Origin: Planctomycetota bacterium
GTDB taxonomy: Bacteria; Planctomycetota; UBA11346
Direction: 5' to 3'
DNA length: 64,000 nt
Assembly: GCA_028280785.1 (NCBI GenBank)
Contig: JANQLF010000278.1
Location: forward strand, 2,671 to 66,670
Made by a program: the position numbers and the translations under genes. The stretch's first letter is position 1. Every line of letters begins with the position of its first letter. Of this stretch, positions 1-8,499 are shown in pieces. The notes beneath the pieces are model-generated. The model had not been told where the DNA came from. It saw nothing but the letters and a program-made list of their open reading frames with translations, and searched no databases.

Positions 1-1
1 C

Positions 2-214
2 ATGGGATTAAGCCCACGTGATTTACGCCAGGTTTTTGATCGCTTTTCGCGCGTCTCGCAACAATCACACATCAGCGGCAGCGGTCTTGGTTTATTTATC
101 GTTAAACAATTACTAAAAGGCATGGGCATGCGCATTGATGCGAAAAGCGAAGGCGAAGACCAGGGCTCACAATTCTGTATTCATATTCCAAGGAAGCTGG
201 ATGCCGAGTTATAA
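2..214 (+). CDS. Sensor histidine kinase, C-terminal fragment (5' end outside window)
   Basis: The tail SGSGLGLFIVKQLLKGMGMRIDAKSEGEDQGSQFCIHIP looks like the G2 box/ATP-lid end of an HATPase_c domain. Its stop (212-214) overlaps the ATG (201) of the downstream response regulator, the usual two-component layout. Confidence 0.8.
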   Translation: MGLSPRDLRQVFDRFSRVSQQSHISGSGLGLFIVKQLLKGMGMRIDAKSEGEDQGSQFCIHIPRKLDAEL

Positions 215-905
215 TATCTTATTAGTTGAAGACGAAGACAACGTCGCCGCCATGCTCAAATTAAATTTAGAAGCAGAAGGCTATGGAGTCGTGCATGCGC
301 CAAATTTAGCAGCGGCGCGTACCTTAATGGCCGAAGATATTTCTTTAATCGTTTTAGACGTGATGTTACCCGATGGCAACGGCATGGATTTTGCCGATGA
401 GCTGCGTCAGCAATCGCTGCGTCTCCCTATTTTAATGCTTACCGCCAAAGACACGACTGGTGATATTGTTGAAGGTCTTGAATCCGGTGCCGATGATTAT
501 TTGTGTAAGCCATTCCAGCTCGATGAATTGCTTGGGCGTATTTTTGCCTTATTGCGCCGCCAAGATTGGGACAAACGCCAAGTTGAATTAGAGCATATCA
601 GCTTTTACGGCATCGACATCGATATGCGCAGCGGCTTAATCAGCGGTAGCTCACAAGCTGCTGCCTTAACCGATATCGAATTAAAATTATTGCGCTATTT
701 TTCTCAGCGCCCGTATGAAGAATTAAAACGCGATGACATTATGCAGGCCGTCTGGGATGCGCCGTCCACCGTAAAAAGCCGCACTCTCGATAATTTTGTC
801 CTACGTCTGCGCAAATTATTTGAACCAGACGTTGGTAATCCGCAGCATTTTTTGACGGTGTATGGTAGTGGTTATCGGTATGTGCCACCGCCATCTGAGG
901 AATAG
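201..905 (+). CDS. OmpR/PhoB-family response regulator (receiver + winged-helix DNA-binding domain)
   Basis: YNILLVEDEDNV...LIVLDVMLPDGNG...LTAK is a receiver domain. The C-terminus LTDIELKLLRYF...RTLDNFVLRLRKL...TVYGSGYRY is a Trans_reg_C winged helix. ATG at 201 is preferred over the track start 135 because the receiver begins there. Confidence 0.9.
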   Translation: MPSYNILLVEDEDNVAAMLKLNLEAEGYGVVHAPNLAAARTLMAEDISLIVLDVMLPDGNGMDFADELRQQSLRLPILMLTAKDTTGDIVEGLESGADDYLCKPFQLDELLGRIFALLRRQDWDKRQVELEHISFYGIDIDMRSGLISGSSQAAALTDIELKLLRYFSQRPYEELKRDDIMQAVWDAPSTVKSRTLDNFVLRLRKLFEPDVGNPQHFLTVYGSGYRYVPPPSEE

Positions 906-914
906 TTTTTAGTA

Positions 915-1020
915 AACTGGTATAAGCTTTTGTCTTGGTCCAGCGCTGCGCGCTTCCTAGTATTAGTTTCCGATTCACAGCGCTAAGACTAATACCAAGA
1001 CGAAGACTCATACCAGTTAG
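915..1020. repeat. Intergenic nested-palindrome repeat, family 2, copy 1
   Basis: Arms aactggtataagcttttgtcttggt (915-939) and accaagacgaagactcataccagtt (994-1018) are inverted repeats matching at 21 of 25 positions. There is an inner palindrome agcgc-tgc-gcgct. The reverse complement resembles 63451-63551, with the first 15 nt identical (ctaactggtatgagt). Confidence 0.75.
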
Positions 1021-1050
1021 CTAATGGTTAGCTAATGGTAATCTAATCGG
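1017..1050. repeat. Short tandem repeat (11-12 nt unit, about 3 copies)
   Basis: ttagctaatgg (1017-1027) and ttagctaatgg (1028-1038) are followed by a degenerate taatctaatcgg (1039-1050). The repeat sits next to the family-2 repeat and overlaps the stop of the 85-aa gene. Confidence 0.7.
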
Positions 1051-1300
1051 TAATTATCACTTCCACCTGCGCTTCGTGCTGCCAGCCGCCCTTATAAATA
1101 AATTGCAAACCGTGAACAAAGAAGTCGGGTTGTTCACTACTTAAATGGATATCTTCCGTATTGCCATCCCACTCCATTTCCAAATGCACATGCATTAAGG
1201 GCGAATGCTCTTCCGCTTCTTTTATCGAACAACAACGCACGCGTTTATGCTGTCCTATTGGATGCCATTCCTTGGGTTTAAGGCTCAATGATAGTTTCAT
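1043..1300 (-). CDS. Small hypothetical protein (85 aa), shares its 14-aa N-terminus with the upstream gene
   Basis: Its ATG (1300) overlaps the TGA of the upstream ORF (ATGA). The N-terminus MKLSLSLKPKEWHP is identical to that of ORF 1297-1485. I recognise no family. Confidence 0.55.
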   Translation of the reverse strand: MKLSLSLKPKEWHPIGQHKRVRCCSIKEAEEHSPLMHVHLEMEWDGNTEDIHLSSEQPDFFVHGLQFIYKGGWQHEAQVEVIITD

Positions 1301-1485
1301 TTTAGAATTTCCGTTAACACACGGCGAATTCTCGAGTCGGCGAACGCCGATGAGTGGTCTGAGCTACATGCGAAGAATTTTGCAAAGCAAAATAACAAAG
1401 ACAAAGTGAGCGAGGGGCTTGGGGATGTAATCCCCAAAGCAACAGGATGCCACTCTTTTGGCTTCAGGCTCAAGGATAATTTCAT
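1297..1485 (-). CDS. Small hypothetical protein (62 aa), Ser/Thr/Cys-rich after a shared 14-aa N-terminus
   Basis: It has ATGA overlaps at both ends (1482-1485 and 1297-1300). Its first 14 codons encode the same peptide as the next gene but differ at 8 synonymous positions, which argues for translation. Confidence 0.5.
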   Translation of the reverse strand: MKLSLSLKPKEWHPVALGITSPSPSLTLSLLFCFAKFFACSSDHSSAFADSRIRRVLTEILK

Positions 1486-1745
1486 TCCGGTTTCGTTTCT
1501 TCTTCTTTTTTCAAAATACCAACCATTAACACCCCAAGCCCCAGCGCAAATAGGGGTAATGCAAAGAGGCGTGTCGTTTCCATAGAAGCATCTGTGTCTT
1601 CTTGTAAACGTTTTTGATTAATTTCACCAGAGAGATTATATTCTTCCATGCCTTTCGTCATCATTAAATACGTTGGGATAATGCCGGTTAGAAACGCCGC
1701 GGTGAGAATCACTATGCCGCCATTAATCAAGTGTGTCCGTTTCAC
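1482..1745 (-). CDS. Small membrane protein (two predicted TM helices)
   Basis: Hydrophobic segments are INGGIVILTAAFLTGIIPTYLMM and LFALPLFALGLGVLMVGIL. A GTG at 1745 gives a GTGA overlap with the upstream stop, so it is preferred over the track ATG at 1823, which would overlap the upstream gene by 82 nt. Confidence 0.5.
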   Translation of the reverse strand: MKRTHLINGGIVILTAAFLTGIIPTYLMMTKGMEEYNLSGEINQKRLQEDTDASMETTRLFALPLFALGLGVLMVGILKKEEETKPE

Positions 1746-2047
1746 AGTGTACCCTCTTCGTAATAACCGCGCATCGGTGTGCCATTGTCCGCACAAATTA
1801 AAATACCGGCGCAATTTCCACAACGAATTTTACAGTGCACGTACTGGGCCTGAAATTTATCAAGCTGAGCTTTTTCTTCTTTACTCACGTAGCCCAAAAA
1901 TTCATAGAGCGCTTCATCGAGTGGGCTATCACAGAGGACGCAGTTATAGCTATCGATGTGCTTGGTCAGTTGCTTGCGCTTCAACCAAATCCGCACTACC
2001 CAGGCCAAAAACCCCGTCGCTAGCAGAATCAGAACAAGATAACCCAT
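1742..2047 (-). CDS. Membrane-anchored Cys-rich (zinc-ribbon-like) small protein
   Basis: It has an N-terminal TM helix (YLVLILLATGFLAWVVRIW) followed by CVLC...CKIRCGNCAGILIC cysteine pairs. It is the first gene of a four-gene overlapping operon. Confidence 0.55.
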   Translation of the reverse strand: MGYLVLILLATGFLAWVVRIWLKRKQLTKHIDSYNCVLCDSPLDEALYEFLGYVSKEEKAQLDKFQAQYVHCKIRCGNCAGILICADNGTPMRGYYEEGTL

Positions 2048-2125
2048 AGTAGCATGCTAAGATTTGAGCATGCAGTCCCAAGAGCCACGACGCCTCAGGC
2101 TTGCGATTGAGGCAAAATACCCAGC

Positions 2126-3445
2126 ATGCCCACCCCGGAGATGCAGATGCAAGACTATGGCATTGGCTTACTTGGTTGGGGCACCGTCGGCGGCGGTATC
2201 CTCGACATCCTGAGCCAGGAAGGTGGACACCTTTCTCGTCGTAGTGGTTTTGACTTCAATTTGCATCGCATCGTCACGGCCAATCCAGACCGCAAGCGTG
2301 ATCAAGATCAAATGGGTGCCGAATTGAGTTCGAGCATCGATGACATGGTCAATGACGACCGCGTTCAATGTGTCCTGCATATGGTTGGCGGCACCGACGT
2401 AGCCAAGGACATGGCCATAGCTTGTCTCGAAGCAGGCAAGCACGTGGTCACCGCCAACAAAGCTCTGTTGGCTGAACACTGGGACGAACTCTTCGAAGTT
2501 GCAGCGACCAACCAAACCTGTCTGGCTTTTGAAGCGGCGGTTGCTGGAGGCATCCCAGCCATTCTCGGTTTGCGCGACGGCTTAATTGCTAATCGTATTC
2601 AAGGTGTCAAAGGCATCTTAAACGGGACCTGCAATTATATTTTAACCCAGATGGAAGAGCGCGGTCTTTCCTACGACGATGCACTTGGCCAAGCACAAGA
2701 ACTCGGTTACGCCGAAGCGGATCCAACGCTCGACGTCGATGGTACCGACACCGCGCATAAATTAGCTATTCTTGCCCGCATTGCTTATAATGGTCGGATT
2801 AATTTTGATGACATCGCCATCGAAGGCATCCAAGCCATTACCGCTGGTGATATTGCTTCAGCCAAGCGCATGGGCGCACGGATTAAATTATTAGGCGTTG
2901 CTGATCGCCAAGAAAAGGGTTTAGAATTACACGTCGCACCAACCTTGGTTCCGATCGAACACGAACTCGCTGCGGTACGCATGAATTATAATGCGGTTTT
3001 AATTGATGGTCACGCCGCCGGTCCAAATTTACAAGTTGGTCAAGGTGCTGGTGCGTTGCCAACTGCCAGCGCGGTGCTTTCTGATTTAGTCAGCATTGCC
3101 AGTGGCGCTTACGGAAAAATCAGCGGGCACTTTGGTTATTTTCATACCACGAAAAAAGTGCCGTTACTTGCTGAAGCTGACGAACGCACTGGTTCGTATG
3201 GCCGCTTCAATGTTAAAGACGAACCAGGTGTCTTAGCTGCGATTACCAACACGCTCAGTGAATTTAATATTAATATTTTATCAGTGAATCAGGAAGTCTT
3301 CGCCAAAGATAATCGCGCCACGGTTGAGGTCATTACCCACCCGAGCATGACTGGCGACTTTTTAAAGGCGATCGAAAAAATTGACGGGTTTGATTTTACC
3401 GTCGAGCCAACGGTGATTTTACGCCGCATGTTTGAAAAAGCTTAG
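2126..3445 (+). CDS. hom: Homoserine dehydrogenase
   Basis: The N-terminal GLLGWGTVGGG is a Rossmann motif. The central GILNGTCNYILT and AEADPTLDVDGTDTAHKLAILA are hallmark Homoserine_dh motifs. The C-terminus is ACT-like. Confidence 0.95.
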   Translation: MPTPEMQMQDYGIGLLGWGTVGGGILDILSQEGGHLSRRSGFDFNLHRIVTANPDRKRDQDQMGAELSSSIDDMVNDDRVQCVLHMVGGTDVAKDMAIACLEAGKHVVTANKALLAEHWDELFEVAATNQTCLAFEAAVAGGIPAILGLRDGLIANRIQGVKGILNGTCNYILTQMEERGLSYDDALGQAQELGYAEADPTLDVDGTDTAHKLAILARIAYNGRINFDDIAIEGIQAITAGDIASAKRMGARIKLLGVADRQEKGLELHVAPTLVPIEHELAAVRMNYNAVLIDGHAAGPNLQVGQGAGALPTASAVLSDLVSIASGAYGKISGHFGYFHTTKKVPLLAEADERTGSYGRFNVKDEPGVLAAITNTLSEFNINILSVNQEVFAKDNRATVEVITHPSMTGDFLKAIEKIDGFDFTVEPTVILRRMFEKA

Positions 3446-3987
3446 TCTTTTTTATCAATCACTTCTTTTTTCTTTTCATTAATCTTAGAAATGATATCTA
3501 GGCGTTGTTTCAGTAATGCGATCATTTTTTTATCATAATCTTTTGGGTTTGCCTTTAATTGCGGCCAAGCAATTCTAACATGCATTCCATGTTTCTCTAA
3601 ATTTCGTCGCGCATCAATTATGTCATATTCAACTTCGCCCTGCTTGGCCTTTCTGCTTCGCAGCAACCACTCGCCGTGCTTACTTTGCGTTTCTCCTTCT
3701 TTAAGTTCAGCTATCAGCTGTTCAACAAATGCAAATGCAGACTTGTCGTGAGCCAAGTCATAACTTGTATAAATCAGATTCGTCGATTCCCGAGTACCAT
3801 TTTCGGCCTCATTCCCAAGAATATGAAATGCAAGGGCATTTTGTGGCCCTATTGGATGATGGCCTATTATTACCCAATCTGCTGGCGCCCGTGTAATAAC
3901 CTTGCCCCCTCCTAAGAGGATCGTGTTTTCTTGCGCCTGTAAAAAACATGGTGTTAGTACACATAAAAGAAATATGACAAAGCGCAT
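3442..3987 (-). CDS. Secreted hypothetical protein
   Basis: It has an N-terminal signal peptide (MRFVIFLLCVLTPCFLQAQ) and a Lys-rich C-terminus. I recognise no family. Confidence 0.5.
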   Translation of the reverse strand: MRFVIFLLCVLTPCFLQAQENTILLGGGKVITRAPADWVIIGHHPIGPQNALAFHILGNEAENGTRESTNLIYTSYDLAHDKSAFAFVEQLIAELKEGETQSKHGEWLLRSRKAKQGEVEYDIIDARRNLEKHGMHVRIAWPQLKANPKDYDKKMIALLKQRLDIISKINEKKKEVIDKKD

Positions 3988-3996
3988 AATGAACCC

Positions 3997-4425
3997 CTAT
4001 AATGATATTTTTTCTTTTATTAATGCTTTTAACCCTGGCATTTTCGGGCACTCGCCTATTTCATCGAACGAAACCCAATGCAATGGTCTATCAGTGTCGA
4101 GCACGGTATTAGGAATCTTGCCCATCCATCCCGGTATATGGTAAACGTAAAATAACCATTCTTGGTTCAACCATACCTCACCAATAAAATGCTGTTCGAA
4201 ATGGTAGATTTTAAATTCTTCTTTCATTTCACGTTTTAAACAGGTCTGGCGGTAATCATCGCCTAAGCGATCTTCTGGATCAACACGGCCACCGGGAATG
4301 CTATACATGAGCTCACCCAGCCATTCGCGATGCTCACACAAAAACTTTGCATCCTTGGTCAACACAAAGAGCACGCTTTCACCGTAACTATTCTTGCTCA
4401 TCACTCTGTTTCGGAGGGTTGGCAA
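3997..4425 (-). CDS. NUDIX hydrolase
   Basis: The Nudix box is PGGRVDPEDRLGDDYRQTCLKREMKEEFKI (GX5EX7REUXEEXGU pattern). An alternative start at 4401 (MSKNSYG) would reduce the overlap with the upstream gene. Confidence 0.8.
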   Translation of the reverse strand: MPTLRNRVMSKNSYGESVLFVLTKDAKFLCEHREWLGELMYSIPGGRVDPEDRLGDDYRQTCLKREMKEEFKIYHFEQHFIGEVWLNQEWLFYVYHIPGWMGKIPNTVLDTDRPLHWVSFDEIGECPKMPGLKALIKEKISL

Positions 4426-5152
4426 TTCTCCATTTTTTTCGCAGCAATTGTAGATAACCCTCTTTTTTCAAGTGATCCAAATGCTTATTAATCTCTTTCA
4501 ACAAAGTCTGGTCCGATTTATTTACCGCTATTCCCCATTGCTCCGGTGCGTATATTTTTGGCAAAACACGCAACTTGCTATTTTTTTCAGCAATTTTAGC
4601 CAAGTAGGAATAATCTAAAATGAACGCGTGCGCCTTTTTCTCTTCCAACATTTTAATTTCTTGCCCATATTCCTCTATTTTTGTTACATAATCTTCGGTA
4701 CTTATCGTTCTCTGTGCCCAAGCATAAGAACTGGTGTTGGGAAAAGCTATTATCTTTTTATCTTTTAAATCAGTCGGCGTTTTTATCTTAGACTCTTGAT
4801 GTACTAAAACACCGATGCCATCAGTAAAATAGGCTTGACTAAATGAAACATGCCCCCTTCGCTCTTTGGTGATGGTGAAACACGACAGGACCATGTCGAC
4901 ATGTCTTTTATGCAGCGCGTCAATTCTTGGATTTTGATAGTTAACTTTTTTGTAAAAGATTACCTTACGTTTCATCCGTTTGCCAATTTCAAGAGCAAGG
5001 TCTACTTCATGCCCTACGGGCTGTACTTTATCTGCTGGCCAAGAGTAAAAGGGTTTGTAGTCCGCTGTAGGCGGACAAACCATCACGGTTAGTGTTTCTT
5101 GGGCAGACAAACTACAGCAAATCAAAAAGCATAATAGAATACATCTAGTCAT
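4388..5152 (-). CDS. Periplasmic solute-binding protein, family 3 (amino-acid ABC type)
   Basis: The signal peptide MTRCILLCFLICCSLSAQ begins at ATG 5152. The body resembles PBPb domains (VDMVLSCFTITKERR, AHAFILDYSYL). No permease or ATPase gene is adjacent. Confidence 0.6.
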   Translation of the reverse strand: MTRCILLCFLICCSLSAQETLTVMVCPPTADYKPFYSWPADKVQPVGHEVDLALEIGKRMKRKVIFYKKVNYQNPRIDALHKRHVDMVLSCFTITKERRGHVSFSQAYFTDGIGVLVHQESKIKTPTDLKDKKIIAFPNTSSYAWAQRTISTEDYVTKIEEYGQEIKMLEEKKAHAFILDYSYLAKIAEKNSKLRVLPKIYAPEQWGIAVNKSDQTLLKEINKHLDHLKKEGYLQLLRKKWRIANPPKQSDEQE

Positions 5153-5304
5153 TTTGCTGAGAATACTCCGCCTGAATAAAGTGACAATTGTAAACGGTAC
5201 TCGTTTACAAAGGCCCTCCGTATTGTCGCACACTCTTGCCGTTTTTGGCAATAAATAGACGCTTTGTTTCTTGGTCTTGCACTTATCTGAGATAGTATCG
5301 ATAC

Positions 5305-5568
5305 ATGCTTCGCGCGCTTTTTTTATCCATAGTTATTTGTTTCGCTGTTCCCTTAGCAGCCTGTTACAACGATTCTGATATTCAGAGCTATGAGGAAGAA
5401 TTTGAATCCGAATACCTGCAACAAGGGGCTCCAGCTGAGGAAGAAGTACCGAGTGGCATAGCACTGTTCTTGAGAGACGCCGTTGTAAATGTCATTTTCG
5501 GCGTTGGCTTATTCTTCGTCCTCGTCTTTGCTGTTCGTGGCGATTTGCGTGTCGTCCACCGAAGCTAA
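5305..5568 (+). CDS. Small lipoprotein-like protein with a C-terminal hydrophobic segment
   Basis: It has a lipobox-like VPLAAC, an acidic middle region and the hydrophobic stretch VIFGVGLFFVLVFAV. Its 3' end overlaps the next ORF in another frame. Confidence 0.4.
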   Translation: MLRALFLSIVICFAVPLAACYNDSDIQSYEEEFESEYLQQGAPAEEEVPSGIALFLRDAVVNVIFGVGLFFVLVFAVRGDLRVVHRS

Positions 5569-7153
5569 ACCAATTCCCTGGTGGCAATCATCCTTAGAAA
5601 GACGCGCTTCGTATTGCTGCGTTGCGTACGCACTGATCTTTGTGGCTTTATGGGGCATTTTTTGTCTGCTTAATGGCGATAGTCGTAAAACGCAGAAAGG
5701 TCCTGGCCTACACACGTTTAAACGCACTGGCGTACAAATGCCGTTGCGTTTTGCCATGGTCCACGACGTCATTCATCAGCGCTTTCGTAAACACGGCGAG
5801 TCGTGGTATAAAGAAAAGCTTCGGATTAATTTAGAATTACTCGAACAGCACAAACGTGATGGCCTCAAACACGGTTACACCTCCCTCCATTTATTTGATA
5901 ATATCGCCGTTACCTATGAACGGTTACATCAGTCCGAGCGCGGTCTCGAATATATAGAAGCAAAAAGGCAGGCCTTGCTTGATGAGTTTGGTGAAGAGCC
6001 CAAGCCTTTTCGGCCTTTAGACATTGCCTGGCATCTGTTTGCCCAAGAACGCTATGCCGATGATTCTTATACATTATCAGAGGCCCTGTTTGAGCTTATA
6101 AACTATGAACCGTCCGAACTCAGCCTCGCCTGGTACCGCTATTATGCCAACAAAGGCACTATATTAGTCCACGCCTATATGAAAAAGGCGATGCAGGGTG
6201 ATGCAGCAGCAAAAGAAAAAGTCAAAGAGGCTGCGGAATTAATTAAAAAGAGTTTATGCCATAATCCCAATGCACACTTTGGCCGTGAATGGTTTCAATT
6301 ATTCGCGATACAAAATCTCTTGGTGTTTTTAGACAAACCCAAAGCGCTCTACCTCAATTCGATCATTGGTCATAGCCTCGGTGAATTTCAGTCTGATGAA
6401 TACTATGGGGCTGAACGGCACACCCATTTCTATGACCAGATACCTAAGGATCCCAACGATTCATTTATTCTCATGCATATACCAACCATTAATTTATTCG
6501 TCGATGGTATCATTGGCGATTATAATGATGACAATGAATACGTTGAAGAGGCAAAACTTATTTTTGGTTTCGATGAATTGTCCGCGCCCTTCGATGAACC
6601 CGTACTTGGTATTATTGGCATGTGGGTTTACGGCGGCGGTGCTAATCCACATTTTGCACTGGCACTTGGCGACATCATGGAAGGCTTTGGACAAAAGCGC
6701 ATAGCCTGGTCAGCATATCGTCGTGCCGTGAGCATGGCCAAGCGCTTTTGGCCAGATCAAGAAATTGCTGACAATCTCAAACAGCACTGCGAAATGCGCA
6801 TGCGTGCCTTAGAAAAGCATATGCGACCAGACATTGTTGCGAAATTAGAAGATGCCTATCTCTACGAATTACAACGTGGTATCGACTACCAAGCCGCGCA
6901 GGCTGCATATGAACACGAACAGATTGAATTAGGCAAAGATATACACGACCCGAGTTTTTTTGAGGCCTTTAATCAAACACACGGATCAATAGCGAGTAAG
7001 ATCGGCAACAGCGACCAGTTAACCGTTCGTTATTTTGTGCCTTGGGATCAATTGTTTTGGCGTTATTGCTTAGTTGCTGCTTTTTTCGGCTCGTTGTTCG
7101 GACTGGGCATGTTTACGTGGCTTACTAAACGTAAACCAGAAGCAGTCGATTAG
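5489..7153 (+). CDS. Hypothetical membrane-anchored protein (start uncertain)
   Basis: This is a long ORF with TM-like segments near the N-terminus (YCCVAYALIFVALWGIFCLL) and C-terminus (YCLVAAFFGSLFGLGMFTWL). I recognise no family. Confidence 0.55.
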   Translation: MSFSALAYSSSSSLLFVAICVSSTEAKPIPWWQSSLERRASYCCVAYALIFVALWGIFCLLNGDSRKTQKGPGLHTFKRTGVQMPLRFAMVHDVIHQRFRKHGESWYKEKLRINLELLEQHKRDGLKHGYTSLHLFDNIAVTYERLHQSERGLEYIEAKRQALLDEFGEEPKPFRPLDIAWHLFAQERYADDSYTLSEALFELINYEPSELSLAWYRYYANKGTILVHAYMKKAMQGDAAAKEKVKEAAELIKKSLCHNPNAHFGREWFQLFAIQNLLVFLDKPKALYLNSIIGHSLGEFQSDEYYGAERHTHFYDQIPKDPNDSFILMHIPTINLFVDGIIGDYNDDNEYVEEAKLIFGFDELSAPFDEPVLGIIGMWVYGGGANPHFALALGDIMEGFGQKRIAWSAYRRAVSMAKRFWPDQEIADNLKQHCEMRMRALEKHMRPDIVAKLEDAYLYELQRGIDYQAAQAAYEHEQIELGKDIHDPSFFEAFNQTHGSIASKIGNSDQLTVRYFVPWDQLFWRYCLVAAFFGSLFGLGMFTWLTKRKPEAVD

Positions 7154-7698
7154 CGCACCATGTCATGCGGGTCGAGCGCCGGTGCGGCCAGCAACAGCGG
7201 AATAATAAAAATGCACAACAAACCAATGGCGATAAACAGAACGCCGTTTTGAAATTTGTTTTGTTCGTCGTCTTCTAATTCGAGATAAATCTCATAGAGC
7301 TTCGGAATTTTTACCAAATACACAAAGACCACAAAAACTTTGAAACCAACAACAATATACACTGCTCGAATAATTGCGGCGAGGCCCCACATAACGTAGA
7401 CAATGCCTGCGCCAAAGCAGACGCTTAGAAAAAAGGTTCCATCTCCCCCTTCTCGGTCTACATGATCAATGGCAGCAAAGATCAAACCGAGCAATGCGCC
7501 AATTAAGAATGGCCACAATAACTCGCGCCATAGCGGTGTTTTTAGATCACTGCTGCGCTGTTGAGCAATGGCTGCTGCTATTTCCAAATCTTCGTAACCG
7601 TAAGAACGCAACGATTGCTTAATGTACTCATCGTCCTTATTGATATTGACGAGTAATCCGACTTCTTTGTGGAGATGTTCTTCTGAGCGTTCGTTCAC
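7150..7698 (-). CDS. Hypothetical integral membrane protein
   Basis: It has four or more hydrophobic helices after a charged N-terminal domain. Its 3' end overlaps the convergent upstream gene by 4 nt. Confidence 0.5.
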   Translation of the reverse strand: MNERSEEHLHKEVGLLVNINKDDEYIKQSLRSYGYEDLEIAAAIAQQRSSDLKTPLWRELLWPFLIGALLGLIFAAIDHVDREGGDGTFFLSVCFGAGIVYVMWGLAAIIRAVYIVVGFKVFVVFVYLVKIPKLYEIYLELEDDEQNKFQNGVLFIAIGLLCIFIIPLLLAAPALDPHDMVR

Positions 7699-7750
7699 AA
7701 TTACAGTATGCGCGCGAGCTGTTCAGTGCCAAGTTCTAGTTGAGTCTAGC

Positions 7751-8068
7751 TTATGGACCTAGCTCTCGAATGTCGTCGTTAACCCAGCCATCAACGGCGA
7801 AATCCCAATATTCGATTCTACCTAATATGGGATTAATACGCAGATGGCCCCAGGTATCGAAGCGTTCAGGCATGTTATTGCCAAATTGAAAGTGGTACCA
7901 AACGCCTTCGCTTCTGTCGTAAAAGAAACTTGGTCGGTCAGCTATTTTTTCGCAGCGCTGAAAATGCACGCTGTCCCAAACCAATGCTTCGGCACGCGAC
8001 TGAATGGGCGTCAATCCATCGCAAGACATGAGTAAACAGACACAAAGCATGAATGCTGGCATGCGCAT
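7751..8068 (-). CDS. Small secreted hypothetical protein
   Basis: It has a signal/lipobox-like N-terminus (MRMPAFMLCVCLLMSC). Confidence 0.45.
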   Translation of the reverse strand: MRMPAFMLCVCLLMSCDGLTPIQSRAEALVWDSVHFQRCEKIADRPSFFYDRSEGVWYHFQFGNNMPERFDTWGHLRINPILGRIEYWDFAVDGWVNDDIRELGP

Positions 8069-8117
8069 ACCATTTATTGGCTGGCAGCTGCCTCACATTT
8101 CAGCAATTCTCTTGCAG

Positions 8118-8432
8118 CTAAGAGATAAGAAGGTGCAGGGCTAAATTAGCGACGATGACGCAAAGCGCTGCGCAAAAACAAGCCGCTTTCATGAGACCAC
8201 GAAAACAGTCCATACCCAGCACTAATGCCACCCAGGCCATTAACGAAGTAACAAAGGTCGTTGGCAGCAAGAGCCTGTTCATTATAGGCAGAATTTCAGG
8301 CTCATTAGGAACCAGGAAGAAGAAGATAAAAACGAGATAAGCTATCGTTGTCCAAGTCGCTGTCGAAACGGCCCACAACCAAAAAAGGAATACGTTCGAA
8401 CCGCCCACCTGCTGGCGCTGAATTAAGATCAT
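8118..8432 (-). CDS. Small hypothetical membrane protein
   Basis: It has three hydrophobic helices across 104 aa. Confidence 0.4.
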   Translation of the reverse strand: MILIQRQQVGGSNVFLFWLWAVSTATWTTIAYLVFIFFFLVPNEPEILPIMNRLLLPTTFVTSLMAWVALVLGMDCFRGLMKAACFCAALCVIVANLALHLLIS

Positions 8433-8499
8433 GCGTCCAGCTTAGCAGAAGAGTCCATCGTGTCTGCTAGAATTCATTTTCAAAACCGCAAGTACGCCA

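Noticed and set aside
2050-2125. Repeated AGCATGC(T/A) palindromes spaced 11 nt apart, start to start, in the hom / small-operon divergent region
   Set aside because: These are two short 7-8-nt motifs with no further copies seen in the window. The evidence is insufficient to call an operator.
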